Origin: Octopus vulgaris
Taxonomy: Eukaryota
Reading direction: 5' to 3'
Assembly: GCA_951406725.2 (NCBI GenBank)
Contig: OX597820.1
Location: 59,334,001-59,398,000 of the forward strand
Length of the DNA stretch: 64,000 bases
Of this stretch, positions 1 through 11,106 are shown piece by piece. The position numbers were made by a program, and so were the translations under genes. Under the pieces are notes generated by a model. The model saw only the letters and a list, made by a program, of their open reading frames with translations. It was not told where the DNA came from and did not search any database. Numbering within the stretch: position 1 is the first letter of the stretch; every line of letters begins with the position of its first letter.

Positions 1-60
1 CATTTTAGTCAAATCATTTTAGTCAAATCATTTTAGTTAAATCATTTTAGTTAAATCGTT
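1..60. repeat. 14-bp tandem repeat (CATTTTAGTYAAAT) x4
   Basis: Directly visible at the window start. Confidence 0.85.
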
Positions 61-1402
61 CAGTCAAACCAGAGAAGCTGCAACATAATTTCCATAACAA
101 GGCATGCATTGATGTGCAGCAATAGTAAAAGACAGCTTTTCTTTTTACTTGCTTCACACATTGGATGGCAGCCACTGCCTTGGAGGGTTTTAGTCAAATC
201 ATAACCACTACTTACTTTTAAGCTTGTTACTTATTCTATCAGTCATATTTACGAAACTGCTGATGTAAATAAGCCAACACCAGTTGTAAGGCAGTGGTGG
301 AGAACAAACACAAGTCACACACATATATTTGAAGGATTTCCACATTTGCTATCTACCAAATTCATTCACAAGGCACTGGTCGGCCTGGGGCTATAGTAGA
401 AGAAACTTACTGATGGTGCTACACAGTGGGATTGAACCTGACACCACATGGTTGCAAAGCAAGTTCCTTCACCACCTACCCAGCCTTGGCTGTGTCCTCT
501 TTGTATGGTAGTGTTATTGTCAGTAGCTAAGTAATAGTGGTTTTGTCTATGATATCTGCTAATAATGGTTCTTGTGGAGCCAGGGTCCTAGCGTGTTTTA
601 ATATAGTTACCCAAGATCAACACCTATGAGCTCCCACTGTACCTACCTGTCTCACTAGTTGCTGTCCATTGATATAACACCATACATAGCATTGTTCTCA
701 ACACACCGAGAGTAAAGAAAAAAAGAGCAGACAACTAAAAGGCAGTTATCTGTATGGAAAATTGTGTAGATGTAGTGGGTGTCAAGTAGTTATGGTGCAT
801 ACAAGTTAACATGTGAACAACCCTCTAGTTTAGTCATTCTTAAGTGAAAGTCCCTCTCCTTCAGTGTTTCTCATAAAGGACTGTGAGAATTAAAAAGAGG
901 ATGGGCAAATTACTGTGATTAATAAAATCAAAATGGTTTTACACTTTTTCGGTTTGTTTGATACCATGGTGAAGGAAGAACTGCATGGATGCAAACTATT
1001 TTGTCTTTCCATCAATAAAGAGTGGGGAGGGTGGGGAATTTCACCAATATTTTGTAGGGGAGCTGGTAGTTGACAGTTTAAGAACTATTTCTCAAGTTAA
1101 TCCATCTTTGCAGCTGCATCTCCCAAAAATACTATTAAAAATATTATTAGGGAGGATTTTCAACATTGATACAAGATGATGTTCCAGCATTGCCTTTCCC
1201 ACCGCCTCCTTTTAAGAGGGGGAAGTGTGTTGATCCCAAAACTTATATCACATGAAATGGCATAAACAAACATTAGTAATGCTTTCTTGACACAAGACCA
1301 CATAAGTTGGGGGATGGGTATAGTACTTGATTAGTATTATAATTATAATCTAATAAGGATAAAAGACAAAGTTAACAAATTTAATGGGATTTGAATTTAG
1401 AA

Positions 1403-1631
1403 CAGTGTTTTTCAACCATTTTTTACCTATAGACCCCTTTGATTCTTGTTTCATTCAAATAGACCCTCAAAATCACACATTTTATAATTAAATATTAGGA
1501 ATTGTATTTAAAAATTGATAAAATATTTAGTGTATTGTAATAGTATATAACAAATTAATTGCACATAAATTTTAACGACAAAATCTTATATGGTCCTCCA
1601 AAGGTCATGTGGACCCCAACAGAGAACCACT
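1403..1631. mobile_element. hAT/Charlie-like MITE
   Basis: Starts CAGTGTTTTTCAAC and ends GAGAACCACT (imperfect TIRs). Degenerate 8-bp flanks ATTTAGAA/ATCTAAAA. Internally similar to 59987-60251. Confidence 0.65.
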
Positions 1632-1660
1632 TATCTAAAATAACAATAATAATAACAATG

Positions 1661-3613
1661 TCAATACCTCATATGGTGTTGAGCGGAATCTCTCAAACAG
1701 TCCATACTTTGAAAACGGAGGTGGTAAGTTTCCATATAAAAATACGTTTCCTCAAATAGTTCTTCAGCATCCAAGGCTATCCGTTCAACTGGAGAAGTAA
1801 AGTCAGTTGGCAAGACAGTATCCTGTTTAAGATCTAGAACCATTTTATATCGACTAGGAATTTCAATACACACTTGATTTGAAAATGTCGATTCTGTTTG
1901 GCTATCTTTTGTGTTAGACACAACCACAACTGTGTCTCGAACAAAATTTTCCAAAGTTAGCACTGTGTCTGCACTTACTGTTGGGTAGAAATCCCCGGCT
2001 TCTACATCCAAAGGTAATTTTGGCCGACGGTAGAATAATTCAGACACGAACCATCTTTCTCTGTCTTCGTTTGCAATCATTTCAATTAAATCAATTTCTA
2101 AATCCACAGGTATCTTCAGTTTCTCATATTTTCCACGAGAATTTAGTTTCTCACATCTTAGCACTTTACATTCCATTTTATAATCGCCACCTCCGAATTT
2201 ATAGACAACGGTCTGGAAGTTTGGAATTCGGATTATATCTCCTTTATTCAAACTAATTGGTTTCGGAAAGTCAGTGGCCACATCTTCCAATACCTGCAGC
2301 TCACAGCCAGCCTTGCAAATACTTAATTCAGAGACATTCCGAAATCTCCGTGGTAATGCAGAGAAACTTTTATAAAGATTAGGTCCAATTATGAAAAATC
2401 TGTCTTCCGTGCGCGCAAGAATTTTATCGATATGTTCCACTCTTCGAACAACTATTTGTGACTTTGGTTTAAGATAAGTGGCGAATTCAGAAGGAAGGTC
2501 AGGGTAAGATACAATTTGGGCTAGGACTGGGAAGAAAATTAGTGGTCGAGTATGTTCCGAGGCCACTTCCCATAATGTACGACGGGCTTTGTAATTTTTG
2601 GGATGTTCATAATCTGGAATGGATATACATTTAACAAGCATGTCAGAACTAAGAGGAATGAGCCACCTTACATCTGATTCGCCATTCCGTGTGGGATCAG
2701 CATCAACAATATCAGTAGGGTCACTAGTATGATAAACCTGGACAAAAATCTCAGGAATGTCCATATAAATAATATTCCTTCCAGATAATTTCGCAGAACG
2801 AAAACTATTCCGTTGATTAGCGAAATATGATTCAGACATGTCGATCGAATCGTCGTTGAAAAATGGGTCGTCTGTGAATACTTTCGAGGGGGAATCAATT
2901 CCCACACGTACGATGCTGTCTTGGTAATTACTGTGATCAACCAATTCATCAGCTTGCCAAAGATATCTGGGCATGCGATTCGCTTCCAGAAGTTGTTCCA
3001 CAGTGTAAGTGGTATTCGAATCAACAACGTAAGAAAAATCACCCTTACATGACCATGGCAGTTCCATAATTCGACCGTCTTGGTGTTGGCATTGTAAATA
3101 TTTCCCGAAATATCCATCGCGAACGATTTTCAGAAACTTGAATGTATCTCCAGCCTCAAAATTGTTTTTCTGTATTTCTCCAATGAAACTCTGTTGCGAG
3201 AAGCACGACGAACAGTTCGCTTTAAATAATGGCGGTGATACCTTTATTAAATCATTTATCGTCTCGTAGATCGCGTCCGGCTCTTGTTCGTCATGTGGAG
3301 GTGAAAGAACAACATATCGTGCTGGATAGTCTATAGGTACTTCAATAGTATCGTGGTCCGTGACCGGAGTCTTGGCCGACGGATCACAGTGCGTGTCCCA
3401 CTCGCATTCATCGTCTGCCTTACAAGGTGTCAACAACACTCTGGGGATAACAGTTTTATACAAACGCAGCCACTGACCTTCTTCGACAGCAGGAGTCGTC
3501 TGGCAGTTACCTGGTGACACAACAAATACAGTTTGTGGAAGATCAAAATTGTCCAGGAAACTTTTCAGTGTAAACAGCTCGTTGTCTTGTAACGACTCAT
3601 CCGAGTCCGCCAT
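1661..3613 (-). CDS. Intronless 650-aa protein with two CABIT domains (THEMIS/THEMIS2-like)
   Basis: Longest ORF in the window, non-repetitive and CpG-rich. LQCQHQDGRIMELPWSCKGDF fits the CABIT signature phi-X-C-X7-phi-X-LP-phi-X3-G-X-F. N-terminal LKSFLDNFDLPQTVFV. A second degenerate CABIT (RRFRNVSEL, LNKGDII, VLRCEK..KLKIPVDL). C-terminal AEELFEETYFYMETY resembles the THEMIS EEITEEQYY block. Family call made by motif recognition. Confidence 0.8.
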   Translation of the reverse strand: MADSDESLQDNELFTLKSFLDNFDLPQTVFVVSPGNCQTTPAVEEGQWLRLYKTVIPRVLLTPCKADDECEWDTHCDPSAKTPVTDHDTIEVPIDYPARYVVLSPPHDEQEPDAIYETINDLIKVSPPLFKANCSSCFSQQSFIGEIQKNNFEAGDTFKFLKIVRDGYFGKYLQCQHQDGRIMELPWSCKGDFSYVVDSNTTYTVEQLLEANRMPRYLWQADELVDHSNYQDSIVRVGIDSPSKVFTDDPFFNDDSIDMSESYFANQRNSFRSAKLSGRNIIYMDIPEIFVQVYHTSDPTDIVDADPTRNGESDVRWLIPLSSDMLVKCISIPDYEHPKNYKARRTLWEVASEHTRPLIFFPVLAQIVSYPDLPSEFATYLKPKSQIVVRRVEHIDKILARTEDRFFIIGPNLYKSFSALPRRFRNVSELSICKAGCELQVLEDVATDFPKPISLNKGDIIRIPNFQTVVYKFGGGDYKMECKVLRCEKLNSRGKYEKLKIPVDLEIDLIEMIANEDRERWFVSELFYRRPKLPLDVEAGDFYPTVSADTVLTLENFVRDTVVVVSNTKDSQTESTFSNQVCIEIPSRYKMVLDLKQDTVLPTDFTSPVERIALDAEELFEETYFYMETYHLRFQSMDCLRDSAQHHMRY

Positions 3614-4417
3614 TTTTCTTGTTTCAACTTATCTAGTCAAGTTTTTTTTTTTCGTTCTCTTTTTTTTAGGTGTTTTTTTTTTTCACCTGCCGTACCTGAC
3701 GTTAGAGCTGACTGACAGAACAACTCGCGCTATGGATGGCCACTACGGCAATAATCAACAAGTGTTAGCCTTATATTCACAGGTGTATTGTTTGTCAGCC
3801 GGCAAACCTACTCGTCGGCCTATTTCTCTACCCTGTGTAACTATTTATCTATCTGACGAACCATTTGTCAGGTTGACTTGCAATAGCAGTGGCCTAGAGA
3901 ATTTTCACAACTAAACCCCATATAATAATCACATCCTTACATTACCTGTATGTATAAGAAATATATATTTATATATTCCCGTCTATCACACACACACACA
4001 CGTACATGCATATTTACACATGTGATATACATACAGAAATAAGGTTAAGCATACACATGCCTATGTATAATAGTATCATATATATACGTATACACACGAA
4101 TATATCCAGCCATACATATACACATACATACAGGCATACCTACGCACTTTTATACACGTGCGCACGCATGTGTGTATATGTATATATATATAGTCCAGCT
4201 TTCTGCATATGAGTACAAATCCCTCCTTGAACATTTACGCTTTTCATCCTTTCAGAGTTCATGAATCATGAATCAATCCAAAGTGATGGATTGAGGAACT
4301 GTATGCGCTTTGACATTTCATCAACCCACCCACCACCTTGGACTGATGCATGATTTATGAACTCTGAAAGGATGAAAGGCATAAATGTCCTAGGAGGGAT
4401 TTGAACTCAAATGCAGA

Positions 4418-4938
4418 AAGCATGGCTGTGTGGTAAGAAGCTTGCTTCCCAACTGCATAGCTCCAGGTTCAGTCCCATTGCATGGCACTTTGGGCAAGTA
4501 TCTTCCAATATAGCCTGAGGCTAACCAAAGCTTTGTGAGTGGATTTAGTAGATGGAAACTGAAAGAAGCCTGTTGTGTGTGTTGCTTTTACGTCCTGTTC
4601 TTGTCACTTTTTTTACCCCTCTGCAAAGGAATTTTATTAAATTCATTTTGCAGAAAGGACTGCTTTGGACGGATCGTGTTCTGCCCTTACCTTCGAAACA
4701 CGCATTGAGTCGAAACAGGGGCAGCTGATGAAGGGGAATATTCCTTGTATTGTTTGTATTGTACTTTGGTTTTTCGTTGTTAAAAAAAAGTCCGTTTCCT
4801 TGTTTGATTTTATGTTTTCATTTCTCGTGTTCTACATTTATTTGTGGTGTCCTGTACTCATATATGCATGTATATATACATATAGATGTAGGTATGTACA
4901 TATATGTATGTATGCATATGTTTTATTTATTAAATTGT

Positions 4939-4969
<31 letters not shown>

Positions 4970-5192
4970 GTATATGTATTTGTGTCTGTGTTTGTCTTCC
5001 ACCAATGCTTGACAACCGATGCTGGTGTGTTTACATCCCCATAACTTTACAGATTGGCAAAAGAGACTGATAAAATAAGTACTAAGCTTTAAAAAAATAA
5101 GTCCTGGGGGTCAATATGTTCAACCAAAAACCGTTCAAGGTGGTGCCCCAGCATGACTGCAATTGAATGACTGAAACAAGTAAAAGATAAAA
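4418..5192 (+). mobile_element. tRNA-derived SINE, interrupted by microsatellites and an unrelated ~280-bp cassette
   Basis: Head GGCTGTGTGGTAAGAAG...GGTTCAGTCCC (A/B boxes). 3' tail GGTGGTGCCCCAGCATG...TGAAACAAGTAAAAGATAAAAG recurs many times in the window. Confidence 0.6.
4675..4736 (+). ncRNA. Non-circularly permuted hammerhead ribozyme-like motif
   Basis: CGUG-UU-CUGCCCUU-ACCUUC-GAAA-CACG-(14 nt)-AGGGGCAG-CUGAUGA-AGGGG. Helix III CGUG/CACG, cleavage triplet GUU, 8-bp helix I CUGCCCUU/AGGGGCAG, intact CUGAUGA and GAAA boxes. Confidence 0.6.
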
Positions 5193-5787
5193 GTGTGTGT
5201 GTATTTGTGTGTATACATGTATATATGTGCTTTGGCAGCATTCTGAGTTCAAATCTTGCTTTCTCTCACTAAGGAAAAACTAGGATTTTCAGGGCTCAGC
5301 AAAGGTAGTCTTTAAGTAAATGTCCAGCAAATTTGCTGGAATCGAAGAAAATATCTTACAAATATCTTACAAACTATAGAATTTTCTCAATAAAGCCAAG
5401 AGAAAAAGATGTCTTATAAATGCATTCTACCAGTATACGAAGTTTAACATTTTTTAGTTTTCCTAGAAATTATGTTAAAAACTGCCGTTCAAACCGAAAA
5501 GATCCAATGTCCATTTTATCCCACACATATGCCAACATACCAGGGGGCAAGAGTGAAAGCAAAAAGACTTCAATTCCTGTGCAATCTCAATCCTAATGAA
5601 TTCTCCCTTACTAGTTGGTATGCTGACATTCAAGAATGATTCACTGAAATACTCTGGTACTCACTCAAGAACATACCAAACACATTACCGTTATTTTTGT
5701 ATTTTTTAAAAATATTTATATTTTCTTGCGATAGGAGTCAGGGTTTTGAAATTGGAGTGATCTGAGCCAAAACATATTCCATTAACT

Positions 5788-5965
5788 AGTAGTGTAGCTA
5801 GGGGTGGTGGTGCTGTTGGTGGCAGGGCAGTCTGTCTCAGGTGATGCTTTTATGGGGTGGCACTTTTAGGTCTGCTGCATAGACTCTGTTGCCCCCAGGG
5901 GTGGTGTGGGGGCAGCAAACATAAGGGCTACCCTGGGTGGTGCATACTCTAGCTATACCACTACT
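5788..5965. mobile_element. Short MITE-like element
   Basis: Imperfect terminal inverted repeats AGTAGTGTAGCTAG ... CTAGCTATACCACTACT around a GC-richer core. Confidence 0.45.
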
Positions 5966-6377
5966 ACCAACACTACCTAAGAATGATATTTTATTTATTA
6001 AAAGTAAAATGATAAATGGCAAAGTTGATCTAGACAAGATTTGAACTCAGATTGCAAAGATCTGGGACACTGCTAGGCATTCTGTCCAAAACTCTGACAA
6101 CTTTGCCAATTTTATGGCACAAAGCCATTTTCCCCAATACTTCTCCCCATTCAGTTGAAGGGTCTTGTCTTGCAAGTTACTTGGTGATCTCACTGGTACC
6201 ACATAAAAACATCCAGCATACTCCGGTGTTAGGAAGGGCAGTAGAGCTAGGCATATACAGTAGAGCTAGGTGCAGCCTTCTGGTTTGCCAGCTTCTGTCA
6301 AATCATTAAATCTATGCCAGTATGGGAAGTGGACTTTACATGATAATGATATGTACACACATGTATGTATGCATGTA

Positions 6378-6943
6378 TTGGCTTGTCTGGAAAGTTTGTG
6401 CCAATTCATAGTAGCTTACCTTTCGACTTATTTTAGAACATGGTTGACTCCATAAAATAGGATTTGACTACACCTCCATTTAGAGCACAGTTTAAGCTAT
6501 CTTTTCGTGGAAGAAAGTTTATGTTCCTATAACCTGTGTTAATTCTGTAACCCTTTAAAACGGAAGATAAGAAAGTTCGTTTTCAGCACTTGATGCTTTG
6601 GGAACCAGACAAAATTTACTGCAGCTCGACTGGGATATGTTGCCCCACCCTCCATATTCACCAGATATTGCTCCTTCAGATTTCCACTTATTCAGGTCTC
6701 TGCAAAATAGTCTTAATGGTAAAAATTTTATTTCCTTGGATAATGTAAAAAGATACCTTGATGAATTCTTTGCCATGAAACCACCTCAATTCTGGGAAGA
6801 GGGTATTTTCAAGTTAAAGAAAAGATGGAGATGCATTGTGCAACAAAATGGTTCATATTTGGTTGATTAAAAATGTGATGGCAAGTATTTATGGACCTTT
6901 TTCTTTCCTTTAAAAATTGACACGAACTTTCCGGACAACCCAA
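6378..6943 (+). mobile_element. Internally deleted mariner (Tc1/mariner) element, 566 bp
   Basis: ~29-bp TIRs (TTGGCTTGTCTGGAAAGTTTGTGCCAATT / AATTGACACGAACTTTCCGGACAACCCAA) and TA target duplication. Encodes the transposase C-terminus LPHPPYSPDIAPSDFHLFRSL (mariner YSPDLAPxD motif). Confidence 0.95.
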
Positions 6944-7413
6944 TATGTATGTATCCATGTATGTATGTGTTTATGAATATGAAATAACAGTTATCAATAA
7001 TTAATTGTAACTCAAAGTTCAGTTTATGGCAAACGACCATTAGATGGTATGTTTTCAACAAATTCCAGGATATATATGGTTTAATATTATTCAATTTTCA
7101 ATATTTTATTTTAGTTTAAGTTAAAAATTATAAGGAGCATAAATCGTCATAATCGTTGCTGTCATTGTCATTGTTATCATCGTTGTTGTCATCATCATCA
7201 TTTAATGTCAGTTTTCCATGCTGGCTTGGGTTGGATGGTTTGATAGGAGCTGACTGAACCCACCTTTACTGTGTGTCCTGGCATGGTTTTTACAGCAGGA
7301 TGCCCTTCCTAACACCAACTACCTAACAGAGTGGTCTATATATATATATATATATATATACAAATATTGTTAGGAATGGGGTATTTTCCCTGGGTATTGA
7401 GAATTATCTCTTA

Positions 7414-7808
7414 CTAGCAGTATCGCCCGGCGTTGCTCGGGTTTGTAAGGGAAATAATTATATAAGCATTTTTAGAGATGTAAAGTATAATAGCCATCTC
7501 AATATGGCTAACCACAAAGGGGAGGGGGTGTTACTGTAGCTTTTTACGTTCTGAGATTTAATAATAAATTTTAGAGAGTTACTTCCCTTATATATGTCAA
7601 AAATGGATTAAAAATGGGAAAAATTGATGGTAAATTTTTTTTAAAATCGTAGACTCATCGTAGACACGCGCTAATACCCAGACGGTCTCGATATGAATCA
7701 CGACTATAAGATACCCGGTTTTGGTTAAACTGCACCGCAAAATGTGGGAGTAGTTAGGAATCTAAATCGTAGGAGACAGACACACAACCTCACTTTTATA
7801 TATAAAGA
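7414..7808 (-). mobile_element. Non-autonomous Helitron (~395 bp)
   Basis: On the minus strand: A|TCTTTATATATAAAAG ... hairpin CCCGAGCAACGCCGGG ... CTAG|T. These are canonical Helitron termini and AT target. Confidence 0.85.
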
Positions 7809-7908
7809 TTTCCTCTATTTACATAATATTGAGGTCTCTTTCTTTCTTTTGTTATCTTACTGTTTTTACCAATATACATATATATATATATATATAAATA
7901 TATATATA

Positions 7909-8231
7909 GTTACAGAGATGTACTTGCATAGCAAGTGACTTGATCTGAGATCGTGTGCTGGAACGAAAACAGTTGCAGCGTTGAAGGTGTTTATAAGCCA
8001 TTTAAGAAACACACAAAAACCGTTAGATTCACTTCAACATTTAAATTTAATTTGTCAAAATATTTTCGTCGCTTTGAGACCGCGACCTGTTAGCACGATA
8101 TTTTTGTCAGTGAACAGGTCGCGGTCTGAAAGCGACGAAAATATTTTGGCAAATTAAATTTAAATGTTGAAGTGAATGTAACGGTTTTTGTGTGTTTCTT
8201 AAATGGCTTACAAACACCTTCCACGCTGCAA
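7909..8231 (+). mobile_element. (TA)n-flanked fold-back cassette with hammerhead-like motif (Penelope-like-element derived)
   Basis: ~120-bp inverted arms (7972-8091 / 8113-8231). Motif UUUGUCA-GUGAACA-G-GUCGC..GCGAC-GAAA-AUAU-UU-UGGCAAA at 8103-8153. Confidence 0.6.
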
Positions 8232-8596
8232 TATATATATACACACATATATATATATGTATGTATGTATGTATGTGTGTATATGTGTATGCATGTATGT
8301 GTGTGTGTGTGCGTGTCTGTGCTTGTGATTGTCCTCCACCACTGCTTGACAATGAATGTTGGTTTGTTTACATCCCTGTCACCTAGTGGTTTGACAAGGG
8401 AAACAGATAGAATAAGTACAATGCTTACAAAAATAAAAGTGGAGTTGATTCATTAAACTACAATTCTTCAAGGCATTGCCCCAGCATGGCCACAGACCAA
8501 TGGCTGGAAAAAGCAGAAGAATAAAAGAATACATTCTCTGCTTTGGTCTTATGTTCAAGGCATGAGAAAGCTTGAGTTTACATGAGAAGGCCTAAC

Positions 8597-9180
8597 AGAC
8601 CTGGTAGAAACAGCAGCCAAATCTCCCTCAAATCACACCTTACTGTCTTATGTATGTATATATATATGAGCCAATGAGGGGGACCTCTACATGGTAGCTA
8701 GACCTGGTAGAAATAGCAGCCAAATTTCCCCCAAATCACACCTTACTGTCTTATCTATGTATATATGTATGTATGAGCCTATGAGGGAGACCCCTACATG
8801 GCAGCTAGACCTGGTAGAAATAGCAGCCAAATTTCCCCCAAATCACACCTTACTGTCTTATGTATGTATATATATATGAGCCAATGAGGGGGACCTCTAC
8901 ATGGTAGCTAGACCTGGTAGAAATAGCAGCCAAATTTCCCCCAAATCACACCTTACTGTCTTATCTATGTATATATGTATGTATGAGCCTATGAGGGAGA
9001 CCCCTACATGGCAGCTAGACCTGGTAGAAATAGCAGCCAAATTTCCCCCAAATCACACCTTACTGTCTTATCTATGTATATATGTATGTATGAGCCTATG
9101 AGGGAGACCCCTACATGGCAGCTAGACATGGTAGAAATAGCAGCCAAATCTCCCTCAAATCACACCTTACTGTCTTATCT
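8597..9180 (+). repeat. 103-107-bp minisatellite, ~5.7 copies, with alternating A/B variants
   Basis: Unit GAGGG(G/A)GACC(T/C)CTACATGG(T/C)AGCTAGACCTGGTAGAAATAGCAGCCAAAT...; only 2 copies in the opposite palindrome arm (10193-10382). Confidence 0.9.
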
Positions 9181-9204
9181 TTCTGCTACTTGGATATAGG
9201 TGTT

Positions 9205-9699
9205 ATATTCGTCGTAAAAAACTTTCCTGTCACACACTCACGCACACGCACACACACACACACACACACACACGCACCCTCACACACACACACGCGCACA
9301 CCCACCCACACACACCCACTCACACACACGCACGTTAGCTTACAATTTTATTTATATATTTGCGTGTCTATGTGTGAAAAGAGGAAGTGGGAGGCAGAGT
9401 GAAAGAATCACTCACTACAGTAAGTCAATTACTTTCATTTTATTCGTTGCCCACTGTGTGTGTGCGTTTGCGTGTGGTGTAAACCAGACTAAGAAAAGCA
9501 TTTGACACACACACCAGAATGTGAGTTTTCTGTAAATTTTGCTTAATTGGAGTTTAAATTTTAAAAACTGGACCTGGCACGACCCGATGCATTCTACTCT
9601 TAAAACTGCTAGGTAAATTGTAATTGAAGAAATCCTATATTGTAGATTTGTATAACTCCCAAAGGGAGGCAGATAAAATCTGCCTTTTATAATAAGAGA
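9205..9699 (-). mobile_element. 5' portion of a second Helitron family (no own 3' terminus visible)
   Basis: Minus strand begins A|TCTCTTATTATAAAAGGCAG, a Helitron-type 5' end. No hairpin+CTRR is seen before the minisatellite. Confidence 0.65.
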
Positions 9700-10687
9700 T
9701 TATAAAAGGCAGATTTTATCTGCCTCCCTTTGGGAGTTATACAAATCTACAATATAGGATTTCTTCAATTACAATTTACCTGGCATTTTTAAGAGTACAA
9801 TGCATCGCGTCATGCCAGGTCCAGTTTTTAAAATTTAAACTCCAATTAAGCAAAATTTACAGAAAACTCACATTCTGGTGTGTGTGTCAAATGCTTTTCT
9901 TAGTCTGGTTTACACCACACGCAAACGCACACACACAGTGGGCAACGAATAAAATGAAACTAATTCACTTACTGTAGTGAGTGATTCTTTCACTCTGCCT
10001 CCCACTTCCTCTTTCCACACATACACACGCAAATATATAAATAAAATTGTAAGCTAACGTGCGTGTGTGTGAGTGTGTGTGCGTGTGTGTGTGTGTGACG
10101 GTGCGTGTGTGTGTGTGTGTGTGTGCGTGTGCGTGAGTGTGTGACAGGAAAGTTTTTTTAGACGAATATAACACCTATATCCAAGTAGCAGAAAGATAAG
10201 ACAGTAAGGTGTGATTTGAGGGAGATTTGGCTGCTATTTCTACCAGGTCTAGCTGCCATGTAGGGGTCTCCCTCATAGGCTCATACATACATATATACAT
10301 AGATAAGACAGTAAGGTGTGATTTGGGGGAAATTTGGCTGCTATTTCTACCAGGTCTAGCTACCATGTAGAGGTCCCCCTCAATTCTTTTATTCTTCTGC
10401 TTTTTCCAGCCATTGCTCTGTGGCCATGCTGGGGCAATGCCTTGAAGAATTGTAGTTTAATGAATCAACTCCACTTTTATTTTTGTAAGCATTGTACTTA
10501 TTCTATCTGTTTCCTTTGTCAAACCACTAGGTGACAGGGATGTAAACAAACCAGCATTCGTTGTCAAGCAGTGGTGGAGGACAATCACAAGCACAGACAC
10601 GCACACACACACACACACACATACATGCATACACATATACACACATACATACATACATACATATATATATATGTGTGTATATATATA

Positions 10688-11010
10688 TTGCAGCGTGGAA
10701 GGTGTTTGTAAGCCATTTAAGAAACACACAAAAACCGTTACATTCACTTCAACATTTAAATTTAATTTGCCAAAATTTTTTCGTCGCTTTCAGACCGCGA
10801 CCTGTTCACTGACAAAAATATCGTGCTAACAGGTCGTGGTCTCAAAGCGACGAAAATATTTTGACAAATTAAATTTAAATGTTGAAGTGAATCTAACGGT
10901 TTTTGTGTGTTTCTTAAATGGCTTATAAACACCTTCAACGCTGCAACTGTTTTCGTTCCAGCACACGATCTCAGATCAAGTCACTTGCTATGCAAGTACA
11001 TCACTGTAAC
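10688..11010 (-). mobile_element. Fold-back/hammerhead-like cassette (copy in right palindrome arm)
   Basis: Reverse complement of 7909-8231; motif at 10766-10816. Confidence 0.6.
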
Positions 11011-11106
11011 TATATAAATATTTATATATATATATATGTATATTGGTAAAAACAGTAAGATAACAAAAGAAAGAAAGAGACCTCAATATTATGTAAATAG
11101 AGGAAA

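Noticed and set aside
1981-3117. ORFs overlapping the CABIT gene (1981-2256 +, 2668-3117 -)
   Set aside because: Alternative-frame by-products of the 650-aa ORF with no recognisable motifs.
8597-9180. Regularly spaced repeats resembling a CRISPR array (also 50519-50748)
   Set aside because: Whole units repeat with no unique spacers, the context is eukaryotic and there are no cas genes. These are minisatellites.
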